This document shows, in pieces, positions 38,237-46,675 of a stretch of DNA of 64,000 nucleotides. The notes beneath the pieces were generated by a model. That model made no database searches. It saw only the letters and a program-made list of their open reading frames with translations, and was not told the DNA's origin. The stretch covers positions 1-64,000 of IMG/VR virus record IMGVR_UViG_3300009610_000003. One strand, given 5' to 3'. Both the position numbers and the translations under genes were made by a program. Every line of letters starts with the position of its first letter. Position 1 is the stretch's first letter. The stretch comes from a virus.

Positions 38237-38733
38237 CAGCTTTCCTTCTCAGCCTCTTCCTGCGCCTTGGCACGGTCGGCCATGGCCTTGATGCGACGCC
38301 TGAGTTCCGCCGTGTGATCGACCTGCACTGGCGCTTCCTCCCGCTGCACGGTGGTGATCGTCGCCTTGGGGCCATAGCGCATCGGGTCGGTCTTCTCGGT
38401 GTAGATTTTCCCGGCGGTGACCCGCGTGCTGGCGTCCCATGTCCCAGCTTTGCCGTCTTCAAGGATGCCGTCAACCAGCAATTCGGTCTGAATGGTCTTC
38501 GCCTTGCGATATTTCAGGTTGAACGCGGGTTCCTGTTCCATCCACAGGAGGAAGGTTCCGGGCAGGGGGTAGTCGCGATTGTTCGAACACAGCGCGTTCA
38601 GCGTCTCGCCGTTCATGACCCGCAGGATGATCGCATCGGCCAGATCGGGGTCGAAGTCGAGCGGCCTGCGCAGGTAGTCGTCTTCGGCCCAGCGCGGCTG
38701 GTAGACGGTCACTTGTGGGACGGGGCGGGGCAT
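38236..38733 (-). CDS. terS: terminase small subunit (Sf6 gp1-like)
   Basis: LADAIILRVMNGETL..LC...P...TF..W....PAF...Y..AK helix-turn-helix pattern and P.RYG motif. Confidence 0.8.
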   Translation of the reverse strand: MPRPVPQVTVYQPRWAEDDYLRRPLDFDPDLADAIILRVMNGETLNALCSNNRDYPLPGTFLLWMEQEPAFNLKYRKAKTIQTELLVDGILEDGKAGTWDASTRVTAGKIYTEKTDPMRYGPKATITTVQREEAPVQVDHTAELRRRIKAMADRAKAQEEAEKES

Positions 38734-39021
38734 AATTCAGGGGGGAACTTAACGCCCTTCCGGGGGGCAGGCAACTGGATGAGCGTTATATTCTTGACGC
38801 TACGACGATGGGTCAAAAAGGGGCAAAAAACTGCACGCCAGAAAAAACCAATAGAAAACCAATAGGCGCTAAGTGCTTATAAAAGCTCGCGTATACGTGA
38901 ACACTATTAGATTTTTACGCTTTTGCTCGCGCGCGATTTTTGCAAATGAGGGTTCACGCGTACGCGATTAAAATAAGAGATAATAGGGCTTGTGCAGCCA
39001 CCCCGGATATGCGACAAGGTT

Positions 39022-39073
39022 GGATCGGCCCAACCAGCCGACCCGACCAACCAACCACGAAAGACCAACCATG
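39022..39073 (+). promoter_or_regulatory. hairpin + ACCAACCAACCAC leader, copy 1
   Basis: GGATCGGC-CCAACCA-GCCGACCC, then GACCAACCAACCACGAAAGACCAACC ATG. Confidence 0.7.
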
Positions 39074-39595
39074 AACCCCATCGAAACCGCCGTCGCCCCC
39101 TTGAAGGCCGACGCTATCGCCCGCGCCGAAACCGAGGCTCAGGCGGCCATCGCCCGTGCCCATGCCAAGCTCGCCGAGTTTGGCTGGGACGTTGACAAGG
39201 CCGCGCCCCGCCCGAACGGCAACATGGGCCGCGCCCAGTACAAGACCATGATGGCCCGCCACAACTGGCTGCTCAGCCTGACCGACCACACCAAGTCGTA
39301 CCACCGCCACGGTGAGCCGCATATCCGCGCGGCGTCCCCGGAACGCGAAGCCCGCTACATCGTCGCTGCCCGCGAGCAGGCCGCCGCTCAGTACGACCTC
39401 TTCGTCATGAAGCTGGTGCGCAAGGTCGGCGATTGCCTGACCGCCACGCTCACCGGCTCGCACGTCTGGGGCCACAGCATCCTCACCGTTGGCAAGGCCG
39501 ATGGCACCACCGAGCGCTGGAAGACCCAGCAGATTGTCAACCAGTCGGTGCTGGGGACGATCTTCAACCAGTGGCCGAGCCGGAAGGTCAAGTGA
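39071..39595 (+). CDS. hypothetical early protein
   Basis: MNPIETAV start follows the conserved leader; TQQIVN.S..G..FNQWP. Confidence 0.7.
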   Translation: MNPIETAVAPLKADAIARAETEAQAAIARAHAKLAEFGWDVDKAAPRPNGNMGRAQYKTMMARHNWLLSLTDHTKSYHRHGEPHIRAASPEREARYIVAAREQAAAQYDLFVMKLVRKVGDCLTATLTGSHVWGHSILTVGKADGTTERWKTQQIVNQSVLGTIFNQWPSRKVK

Positions 39596-39801
39596 TGGCC
39601 CACCCCGCCGACCGCTTCATCAAGGCGACCGATGCCCCACGGGGCATCGTTCGTGCCTGCACGCTGTGCAGGTTCTCGGACCTCGTCCTGAAGCCCCGCC
39701 CCGGCACCGCCGGGCGCGGCTGGGGGATGCGCGAGGGCAACAAGCAGCGCGGTCGCCTGATCGCGCACATCAAGACCGCTCACCCGGAGGTGCTGGCATG
39801 A
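39595..39801 (+). CDS. small C2H2-like zinc-binding protein
   Basis: CTLC...HIKTAH; TGATG coupling. Confidence 0.5.
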   Translation: MAHPADRFIKATDAPRGIVRACTLCRFSDLVLKPRPGTAGRGWGMREGNKQRGRLIAHIKTAHPEVLA

Positions 39802-40064
39802 CCGCCACCCTCCGCGACGTGAAGAAGGCCGCCGCCCTGATCGGGGCGACGGTCGTGGACGACAAGGCGTATGGCACCCACGAATGCACCGTCGAAGCGC
39901 CGCACCGCTATCGATGGGCCGATGGCCTGCACATGTTCGTAGACTGCACCAACCAGCCGTGGAAGCCCGACTACCAAGACCTGCTTGACCGTATGAGCTA
40001 CGGCATTGAACCCTGCACCGACCCCGAGTGCGACTGGTGCAACAGCGACGAGGACGACCAGTGA
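39798..40064 (+). CDS. hypothetical protein with Cys-rich C-terminus
   Basis: CTDPECDWC; GGAGG ribosome binding site. Confidence 0.55.
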   Translation: MTATLRDVKKAAALIGATVVDDKAYGTHECTVEAPHRYRWADGLHMFVDCTNQPWKPDYQDLLDRMSYGIEPCTDPECDWCNSDEDDQ

Positions 40065-40303
40065 CCATGAAACAATTTTTCGCCCCGCTGCTGATCGTGC
40101 TGACCCCTATCGGCGTTCTGGCCACCATTCACGGTGGCCAGAATTACCAGCGCCATCAGCTTGAGCAGACACGGCAACACGACCGCGACACCTGTGATGC
40201 GCTCGCCGAGATTGCCGCCCTGAAGCACGTGTACGTCATCACCACGCAGGAGGTGCAACGCTGCGAAGATCGCTATCAGAAAAAATGGGGCTCGACCCGA
40301 TGA
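40061..40303 (+). CDS. hypothetical protein with hydrophobic N-terminus
   Basis: GTGA overlap; FFAPLLIVLTPIGVLA. Confidence 0.45.
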   Translation: MTMKQFFAPLLIVLTPIGVLATIHGGQNYQRHQLEQTRQHDRDTCDALAEIAALKHVYVITTQEVQRCEDRYQKKWGSTR

Positions 40304-40448
40304 CCCGCGTTCAGCTCCGCCGTCTGGCGATACTCACCGAGCTTGTGAAGCTGTCCAAGGACGGGTGGGCCAACGCCCGCCCCTGCGACTACGAACCCCT
40401 TGAGGCCGAGCTTCGCTCGCTCGCCCAACCCACCGGAAAGGTGAAACC

Positions 40449-40643
40449 ATGACCGACATCGAACGCGACGCCCGCGAATACTGGGCGCTTCTCCACTCTG
40501 CCCCCAATGGCTGGGGGCAGCACGTCCATCCGCGCTACGGCGCGTCCCACTACATGCTGCTGGCCATGTGCCAGCGGCATGGCAAGGATGCCTTCGACGC
40601 CGCGCTTGACGCGACGCGGGCGAGCGTCCTCGCACAAGCCTGA
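40449..40643 (+). CDS. hypothetical protein
   Basis: AAGGTG upstream; 64 aa. Confidence 0.5.
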   Translation: MTDIERDAREYWALLHSAPNGWGQHVHPRYGASHYMLLAMCQRHGKDAFDAALDATRASVLAQA

Positions 40644-40713
40644 AGCCTACCGGCCTGCCCTGTGGGCTATGGGGCAGGCCGTCAATCTCAACCCAAACAT
40701 TGGAACCAAAACC

Positions 40714-41655
40714 ATGCGCTACAACCCCGTTAAAATCCGCATTCTCTGCGCCACCAACCCCAAGAAATTCGGCACCGCCGCTTGGGCTCGCTTCAACCTG
40801 TACCGGGATGGCATGACCATTCCCGAGTTCAAGGCCGCTGGCGGCTGGCAGGAAGACATCACCAACGACCTCGCCAAGGGCTTCATCAGCCTCTCAAACT
40901 TGGACAACCGCCCCGATGGCACCGCCCCGAACGGCGCTCAGAACAGCAACCGGCAGGCCGCTATCGCCCGCATCAGGGCGCTCGCCGCCAAGACCATCGA
41001 CAACGGCTGCACCGAGGCCGAGGCCATGTCCGCCGCCGCCAAGATGGGCCAGTTGATGGACAAGTATGGCATCGCGTCCAGCGAGACTGAAATCCGCGAC
41101 GAGAAGTGCCTGACCGGCATTCACGGCGGCGAGCGCAAGAAGCGCCACGAAAGCCAGTGGGTGTCATCAGCCGTGGGCAAATACTGCTCTTGCCGCGTCT
41201 GGTATCGCACCGGCACCGGGAACATCTGTTTCTTCGGCCTGCCCAGTGACGTGGAAGTCGCCACGTACCTCATGCGTGTCATCGAAGGGTCGATGAACCG
41301 CTCGTTCAAAGACTATAAGCGCGATCCTTTCTTCCCCTCACACGAAAGCTCGCGCCGGGTGCGCAACACGTTCATGAACGGGTTTGCCCGGCGCGTGAAC
41401 GCCCGGCTCGCCGAAATGCTCGCCGCCCGCGAGGCCGAGGCCCCCAAGACCACCACCGGCACCTCGCTGGTCGTGGTCAGGAACGCCGTGGTCGCCGAGC
41501 AGTACGAGGCCCTTGGCCTGCGCCTGCGCAACACCACCAGCCAGCGTGCGATGAGCTACAGCAACGCCGCTCACGAAGCGGGCATGAAGGCCGGTGACCG
41601 GGTGCATCTGGGCAGCGCCATCAGGGGCGGTGGCGAGAACCGCCGCCTGCACTGA
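40714..41655 (+). CDS. NPKK-domain + DUF2786-like protein
   Basis: RIRALAAKT..NGCTEAEA..AA.K...LM.KY is DUF2786-like; the N-terminal 60 aa match the NPKK module. Confidence 0.75.
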   Translation: MRYNPVKIRILCATNPKKFGTAAWARFNLYRDGMTIPEFKAAGGWQEDITNDLAKGFISLSNLDNRPDGTAPNGAQNSNRQAAIARIRALAAKTIDNGCTEAEAMSAAAKMGQLMDKYGIASSETEIRDEKCLTGIHGGERKKRHESQWVSSAVGKYCSCRVWYRTGTGNICFFGLPSDVEVATYLMRVIEGSMNRSFKDYKRDPFFPSHESSRRVRNTFMNGFARRVNARLAEMLAAREAEAPKTTTGTSLVVVRNAVVAEQYEALGLRLRNTTSQRAMSYSNAAHEAGMKAGDRVHLGSAIRGGGENRRLH

Positions 41656-41722
41656 CCGGCCCCAGCCAAGCCCCCGCGTGAAAGCGCGGGGGTCACCCCA
41701 TCCCCTGACGAGGAAACCTGCC

Positions 41723-42160
41723 ATGACCGCCACCCACCTTGCCGCGTGCGACGCCCGAGCTATCCGCTTCGCCCTTGCCCTGCCCGACAGCGCCGACCTG
41801 CCCTACCCCAGCGCCGAGGTGCTGGCCTGCCTTGACCTCAGCCATGACGTGCCGGTGATGATCGCCACAGCCGTCCTGCGGGGCCGCCTGACGCGGTGTC
41901 CCCCGGACATGCGCCTGACCCCCAAGCCGTGGCCGAAACTGCCCACAGCCGCCTCTGTGCCGGTCAAGAAGGGCCGCGTATCCGGGGATGCCGTGCTGGC
42001 CACGTGCGCGCCGAACCCCAAGAAACCCGGCAGCGCCGCGCGCGAGCGGTATGCCCGCTACGCCATCGGCCTGACCAAGAACCAGCTACGCGGGCTTGGG
42101 CTGACGCTGGAAGACCTGCTGGACGATTGCGAGAAGGGTTTCATCACATGGGCCACATGA
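41723..42160 (+). CDS. hypothetical protein with C-terminal NPKK module
   Basis: NPKKPGSAARERYARY..GLT...DLLDDCEKGFIT; GAGGA ribosome binding site. Confidence 0.7.
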   Translation: MTATHLAACDARAIRFALALPDSADLPYPSAEVLACLDLSHDVPVMIATAVLRGRLTRCPPDMRLTPKPWPKLPTAASVPVKKGRVSGDAVLATCAPNPKKPGSAARERYARYAIGLTKNQLRGLGLTLEDLLDDCEKGFITWAT

Positions 42161-42330
42161 TCGGGTACACGCTCGTTGCCACGCTTGCCCGCCGCGCTGG
42201 CCTGACCTGCCACTTCGATGGCGCATACCTCGTCTTCCGCCGTGCTGATGGCACCGAGGCCGGGCGCACGCTGATGGACGACAACGGCATGGCCAGCCGC
42301 CATGCGGTCGAACTTATTTTGAAATAGGGG

Positions 42331-42419
42331 TAGACGCACGATCCAACCCGTGCCATAAGCGTTTCGGGTCGCTCAACCAAGCGGCCCGCGACCAACCAAC
42401 CACAGGAACCAGCCACATG
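42331..42419 (+). promoter_or_regulatory. candidate promoter plus conserved leader, copy 2
   Basis: TAGACG-17-CATAAG, then GGGTCGC-TCAACCAA-GCGGCCC hairpin and ACCAACCAACCAC. Confidence 0.65.
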
Positions 42420-42683
42420 ACCTACCGCAATCTCCGTTACCTCTGCGCCGCGATCTGCCGCGCCGAGGGCGACTTCTCCCAGCCTGCTTTCGCGATCTAC
42501 AACGATCACGGCAGGGTTCTCCGCTTCGGCACCGACCGCACGGCCATGCTGAAGCTCTTCAACCGCGCCTACGACCGCATTCCCGGCCTGCACATCAGCG
42601 CCGTGTGGGCTCAGAACGACTACCAGCCCGTCGCCGACGCTGCCGAACGCGCGCTGGCACGCTGGGAAGCTGCCAACCTGTGA
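42417..42683 (+). CDS. hypothetical early protein
   Basis: start follows the conserved leader. Confidence 0.65.
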   Translation: MTYRNLRYLCAAICRAEGDFSQPAFAIYNDHGRVLRFGTDRTAMLKLFNRAYDRIPGLHISAVWAQNDYQPVADAAERALARWEAANL

Positions 42684-42690
42684 CCTGAAC

Positions 42691-42712
42691 CGGGAGGGCT
42701 TCGGCCCTCCCG
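42691..42712 (+). other. UUCG-tetraloop hairpin followed by an AC-rich leader
   Basis: CGGGAGGGC-TTCG-GCCCTCCCG. Confidence 0.6.
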
Positions 42713-42746
42713 CCACCAACCACCAACCACGAAGGAACCAGCCACA

Positions 42747-43022
42747 ATGACCACCACCGACCACGACATCCGCCGCGACCCCGCCTACATGCGCTTCTGG
42801 CACGCCATCAACGAGGGCCGCGCCCTGCTGGGCCTGCCCGAGGCGCTTTTCGGCAACGTCCATGCCATGTGGATGCAGGCCATGCAGGTCACCCAGACCG
42901 AGTTCAACTGTGCCGCCCTGCGCGGCACGACCCCGCAGCCGAGCGCCGAGCGCATCGACCCCTACGAGGCGCAGACGCGGGCCAATCGCTCGTACGCCAT
43001 CAACCGCGCCAACCAGCGCTGA
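42747..43022 (+). CDS. hypothetical early protein
   Basis: AC-rich leader with AAGGA. Confidence 0.6.
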   Translation: MTTTDHDIRRDPAYMRFWHAINEGRALLGLPEALFGNVHAMWMQAMQVTQTEFNCAALRGTTPQPSAERIDPYEAQTRANRSYAINRANQR

Positions 43023-43076
43023 ACCCAACCGGGGCCGCCTGACCAGCGGCCCCATTTTTCTCAAGGAACCAACCAC

Positions 43077-43265
43077 ATGACCCGAGTTCAAATTCCCGTC
43101 TGGTCCGACAGATGGATGCGCGGCGACAGGTATGGCGAAATCGTCAAGATCGTCGTCAGGCCCGAGCCCAATCGCGACGGCACCTACAAGCTCGCCCGCA
43201 TCAAGCTGGACAAGTCGGGCAAGGTCGTCAGCTTCCCGCTCGCCGACTGTGAAGTGCTGTCATGA
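43077..43265 (+). CDS. small beta-barrel-like hypothetical protein
   Basis: D.WMRGDRYGEIVK...KLDKSG. Confidence 0.6.
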   Translation: MTRVQIPVWSDRWMRGDRYGEIVKIVVRPEPNRDGTYKLARIKLDKSGKVVSFPLADCEVLS

Positions 43266-43471
43266 GCGCCACCCTGACCAAGCGCCAGCGCGACATGCTG
43301 CGCGACCTTGACCGCGACGGCGAGGCGACCGACTACGCCAGCTTCGCCGACCGCGCGCCCGGCGGGCTCGCTTGGCGCAACCGCGAGCGGGTCATCGACG
43401 CCCTGCACCGCAAGGGCCTGATCGACGGCGACCTCGCCCTGACGCCAGCCGGGAAGGAGGTGCTGGCATGA
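43262..43471 (+). CDS. small winged-helix-like protein
   Basis: LTKRQ..ML...ALHRKGLI...LTPAG. Confidence 0.55.
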   Translation: MSATLTKRQRDMLRDLDRDGEATDYASFADRAPGGLAWRNRERVIDALHRKGLIDGDLALTPAGKEVLA

Positions 43472-43980
43472 CCTCCCCCCTGCTCACCGTGCCCACCCTG
43501 CGCACCCTGCTCGCCGACACCGTGACCAACTGGTCGCGGCTGGGTGCGCCCGCGCTCTGCGAGCGCTTCGTGCTGAACAACGGCTGGGTGTTCAAGGGCC
43601 GCAAGCTGCCCAAGAGCTACGTCAGGGGCGAGCCCAAGAACTGTTTCCAGAACGCCGCCGACCTCGCCTCGCAGAACCGTACCCGCCTGCGCTACGTCGA
43701 AGGCTACGCCATGCGCAACCGCCTGCTGTTCCCGACGCTGCACGCTTGGTGCATCGACAGCAAAGACCGGGTGATCGACCCGACATGGGACGACCCCCAG
43801 CACTGCCAGTACATGGGCGTCCCCATGACGGCGGGGGAATGCTGGGCCGAGATGAAGCGAACCGGCGTCTACGGCCTGATCGACCCCGGCATGGTCAACT
43901 ACGAATGGATGTTCCGCCTTGACCCCGGCCTCAAGGCCGAGGTCGAGGCCGTGGTCGGCAAGGTGAACCTTCCGGGGTAA
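43468..43980 (+). CDS. papain/transglutaminase-like fold protein
   Basis: CFQNA...YVEGYA...HAW...VIDPTW gives a Cys-His-Asp order. Confidence 0.55.
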   Translation: MTSPLLTVPTLRTLLADTVTNWSRLGAPALCERFVLNNGWVFKGRKLPKSYVRGEPKNCFQNAADLASQNRTRLRYVEGYAMRNRLLFPTLHAWCIDSKDRVIDPTWDDPQHCQYMGVPMTAGECWAEMKRTGVYGLIDPGMVNYEWMFRLDPGLKAEVEAVVGKVNLPG

Positions 43981-44002
43981 ACGATTTGACCCGGAAGAAA
44001 CT

Positions 44003-44027
44003 GGGGGCTTCGGCCCCCTTTTTCTTT
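44003..44027 (+). terminator. intrinsic terminator
   Basis: GGGGGC-TTCG-GCCCCC-TTTTTCTTT. Confidence 0.85.
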
Positions 44028-44036
44028 TGCCGGGGC

Positions 44037-44123
44037 TTGCGCCGAGTAGGATCGTGCGTTATGACCTGAACCGGGTCGCAACCAACGGCCCCCGACCAAC
44101 CAACCACAAGGCCAACCACCATG
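44037..44123 (+). promoter_or_regulatory. candidate promoter plus conserved leader
   Basis: TTGCGC-17 (contains GGATCGT)-TATGAC; GGGTCG-CAACCAA-CGGCCC hairpin; GACCAACCAACCAC. Confidence 0.7.
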
Positions 44124-44396
44124 AACACCACCACCCTGCACTACTACCGCCAGTTCCGTGCCCACCAGCACGCCGTCGCCATGGACGGCAGCGGCAGTCT
44201 GACCGTCTACCCGAGCGGGCGCACCGAGACGAGCTATGGCAGCGCGCCCTATGGCGAACACGCGCTCAGCGCCTACCTCAGCGCCAAGTGCCACATCGCC
44301 TTTCGCCAGCGCCTCGCCGCTGACGTTGCCGACCACAAGAAGCGCAGCCGCGCCGCCAAGCAGGCGTGGAAGACCCGCCGGGCGGGGGCACGCTGA
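44121..44396 (+). CDS. hypothetical protein with basic C-terminus
   Basis: RSRAAKQAWKTRR; follows the leader. Confidence 0.6.
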   Translation: MNTTTLHYYRQFRAHQHAVAMDGSGSLTVYPSGRTETSYGSAPYGEHALSAYLSAKCHIAFRQRLAADVADHKKRSRAAKQAWKTRRAGAR

Positions 44397-44581
44397 TGAC
44401 CTACGTCATCGACGGCTTCATCCCCCACTGGGACACCCCGGCCCTGCCCCGTCCCCACTGGACGACCATCGCCTGCACGAAGAGCCTCGCCGAGGCCCGT
44501 GCCCTGCTCAAGGCGGCCAACAGCGACCCTCGCTTCAAGCGCGGGCGGGTGCTGGCCGCCGGGGTGGAGGTCACGATATGA
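44396..44581 (+). CDS. hypothetical protein
   Basis: TGATG coupling. Confidence 0.45.
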   Translation: MTYVIDGFIPHWDTPALPRPHWTTIACTKSLAEARALLKAANSDPRFKRGRVLAAGVEVTI

Positions 44582-44787
44582 GCGTCAGCCAGAACACCCA
44601 GCGCGGCCTTTACGCGCGGTCGTGCGACGAAACCCACTTCGCCCGCGACGCCGTCGCCGCCGAGGTCAAGGCCACGGCGCTGCGCGCCACCGGCCTTTAC
44701 CAGCGCATCGAAATGCGCAGGTGGAACAATGGCACCCGCCAGCAGGCCCGTTGGGAATACAAGATCATGGCGTGGCGCAAAGCCTGA
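44578..44787 (+). CDS. hypothetical protein
   Basis: GGAGG ribosome binding site; ATGA overlap. Confidence 0.5.
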   Translation: MSVSQNTQRGLYARSCDETHFARDAVAAEVKATALRATGLYQRIEMRRWNNGTRQQARWEYKIMAWRKA

Positions 44788-44809
44788 CCGGGGGAACCGG
44801 AAAATCCCG

Positions 44810-44835
44810 AGGGGGCCGCGAGGCCCCCTTTTCAT
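44810..44835 (+). terminator. intrinsic terminator
   Basis: AGGGGGCC-GCGA-GGCCCCCT-TTT. Confidence 0.8.
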
Positions 44836-44867
44836 TTGGGGCCGGATCAGCGTACCGTGCCGCCGCG

Positions 44868-45317
44868 ATGCCCACCTTTGCGCACGATCCCTCCCGCGTT
44901 CACCCGCCTGCGAGCGCGGGCGGCTACCCGTCAATCGCCGAGGAAGAGCGGACATCGCGGGCAGTACCGGCACCACGCGAGGTCGTCCCGGAACCGCCAC
45001 GTACCCGCTCTGTCTACGACGACAAGATAACCCTTGTGTCCATCGCCTTGGGCGAAAGCGGGATGCCGCACCGCGTCGTGTTCGTGAACACGCATCGCCA
45101 GTACCGGGGACAAGGCCGGGCCACCAACATGCTCAACACCGCACTGGGCGATATGGACGCTGATGGCCGACCGTCCGAAATCTATGTCCGAAATGTTGAG
45201 CCCGACTGCGATGTCGGTCGCCTCGTCGCGTTCTTTGCACGTTTTGGCTACGGGCAAGCAGACCCCGACCCGGATGAACCCGACACGCCCCACCTCACCC
45301 GCCCCGCTGGTGGTTGA
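44868..45317 (+). CDS. GNAT-family acetyltransferase (start uncertain)
   Basis: YRGQGRA acetyl-CoA motif and LVAFFARFGY. Confidence 0.65.
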   Translation: MPTFAHDPSRVHPPASAGGYPSIAEEERTSRAVPAPREVVPEPPRTRSVYDDKITLVSIALGESGMPHRVVFVNTHRQYRGQGRATNMLNTALGDMDADGRPSEIYVRNVEPDCDVGRLVAFFARFGYGQADPDPDEPDTPHLTRPAGG

Positions 45318-45492
45318 CGCGCTTTTCGCGGTGACCATCACCGGCCTGACGGCCCGCACCTGCCGCTGGCCTCTCTGGGGGCACGACGACCGCCCCAACC
45401 GCAAGTCGCTCTACTGCGGCCTGCCGCCGCTCGCCCCCGACCAGCCCTACTGCGCCGCTCACGCCCACCTCGCCTACAAGGAACCCCGATGA
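45274..45492 (+). CDS. GcrA C-terminal-domain-only protein (start uncertain: 45163, 45274 or about 45310)
   Basis: LTARTCRWPLW...YCG...QPYCAAHAHLAY matches the GcrA C-terminal signature. Confidence 0.75.
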   Translation: MNPTRPTSPAPLVVDALFAVTITGLTARTCRWPLWGHDDRPNRKSLYCGLPPLAPDQPYCAAHAHLAYKEPR

Positions 45493-45677
45493 CCGCCACC
45501 ACCATGGCTTGCTGCCCGTTCTGTCGCAAAGTGTTCCAGTTTGAATGGGGCGAGGCGATCACCACCGTGATCGACGGCAAGCGGCGCTTCGTCTGCCAGC
45601 CGTGCAACGACAGGCTGATGGTTATCGCCAAGACTGCCGCCCCGCAGAAAAGCAACGGCTCGGTTCCGGCGGGATAA
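45489..45677 (+). CDS. small zinc-ribbon protein
   Basis: CPFC...CQPC; AAGGA ribosome binding site. Confidence 0.55.
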   Translation: MTATTMACCPFCRKVFQFEWGEAITTVIDGKRRFVCQPCNDRLMVIAKTAAPQKSNGSVPAG

Positions 45678-45681
45678 AAAT

Positions 45682-45710
45682 TTGCCCGAATAAAAAAAGG
45701 ATCGTACAAC
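45682..45710 (+). promoter_or_regulatory. AAGGATCGTA-class promoter
   Basis: TTGCCC-gaataaaaaAAGGATCG-TACAAC, 17-nt spacer. Confidence 0.65.
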
Positions 45711-45751
45711 GGAAGCTCTAAACCACCGGACACCGGACAGGAGAGTTTTCC

Positions 45752-46039
45752 GTGACCAATCTTGTAGTGCCTACCGTAAATCTCAACGGCAACGACGCCG
45801 ATGACCTCGTCGCCCAGCTTCGCGACGTGCTGAAGGCTCTGGACGATGCCAACAGCCAGATGGGCGCTGCCAGCGACATCTGGCATGGCCGCAACTTCCA
45901 GCTTGCCCCCGACCCGCAGCGCGCCCAGTTCGATGCGCAGATCGCGTGGACGGAACGCCGCCTCGTCATCGCCAAGATGCGCGACGAAATCATGGAACTG
46001 GCCTTGGCCGTTCAGGAACAGGGGCGTGTCAGGGCATGA
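45752..46039 (+). CDS. hypothetical protein
   Basis: AGGAG ribosome binding site; PTVNLNG...HGRNF. Confidence 0.6.
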   Translation: MTNLVVPTVNLNGNDADDLVAQLRDVLKALDDANSQMGAASDIWHGRNFQLAPDPQRAQFDAQIAWTERRLVIAKMRDEIMELALAVQEQGRVRA

Positions 46040-46374
46040 TCGTCCACGTCTTCCACAACGCCACCCACGTGGCGACCATCGCCGCGCCCGGCGACCTCAA
46101 TACCGACGAGGCGCTGGAATTCGCGTGGCGCTGGACGCAGAACGTGGACGGCTCTTGGTCGGTGCCCGGCTCTGCCGACTATCATGAGCGCGTCAAGGTC
46201 GTGGCCCCGCTGCGCGAGCATCAGGGCCGTACCTTTGGCCACCGCTCAAGCGCGGTCGGCGACATCTTCACCACCGGGACGCGCACCTTCGTGGTCGCGT
46301 CCACGGGCTTCCGGGAACTGACCGAGGTCGCCGAGCTTATCGGGGAAGTCATGGGGAAGCCCCATGCGGCTTGA
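46036..46374 (+). CDS. hypothetical protein
   Basis: ALEFAWRWTQN..GSW...RSSAVGD; ATGA overlap. Confidence 0.6.
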   Translation: MIVHVFHNATHVATIAAPGDLNTDEALEFAWRWTQNVDGSWSVPGSADYHERVKVVAPLREHQGRTFGHRSSAVGDIFTTGTRTFVVASTGFRELTEVAELIGEVMGKPHAA

Positions 46375-46675
46375 AGCAAAGTTCCACAAGGCCATGTTGG
46401 CTCTGTACGAGCAGACCAAGCGCGAGGTCTACAGCCCGACGCTGTTCTTTGCCGCCGTCGCGAATGTCGGCGGGCGGCAGGCCGTGAAGGATTTGATCAA
46501 CAAGGAAACCGCCGAGGGCTTTTACCACCTCGCCGAGGCCAATCGCTTCGACCTGACCGTGGAAGCCTACGTGATCGAACACCCGGAATACTGGCCGCTG
46601 TTCACCCTTGACGAAATCCGGCGTGCCAACGCCCGGCTGCGCTCGTTCAGCTACACGCCACGGGTGCAGGCATGA
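46364..46675 (+). CDS. hypothetical helical-domain protein
   Basis: GG...GF..L....R.DLTVEA.V....LFT..E...A..RL pattern. Confidence 0.6.
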   Translation: MRLEAKFHKAMLALYEQTKREVYSPTLFFAAVANVGGRQAVKDLINKETAEGFYHLAEANRFDLTVEAYVIEHPEYWPLFTLDEIRRANARLRSFSYTPRVQA

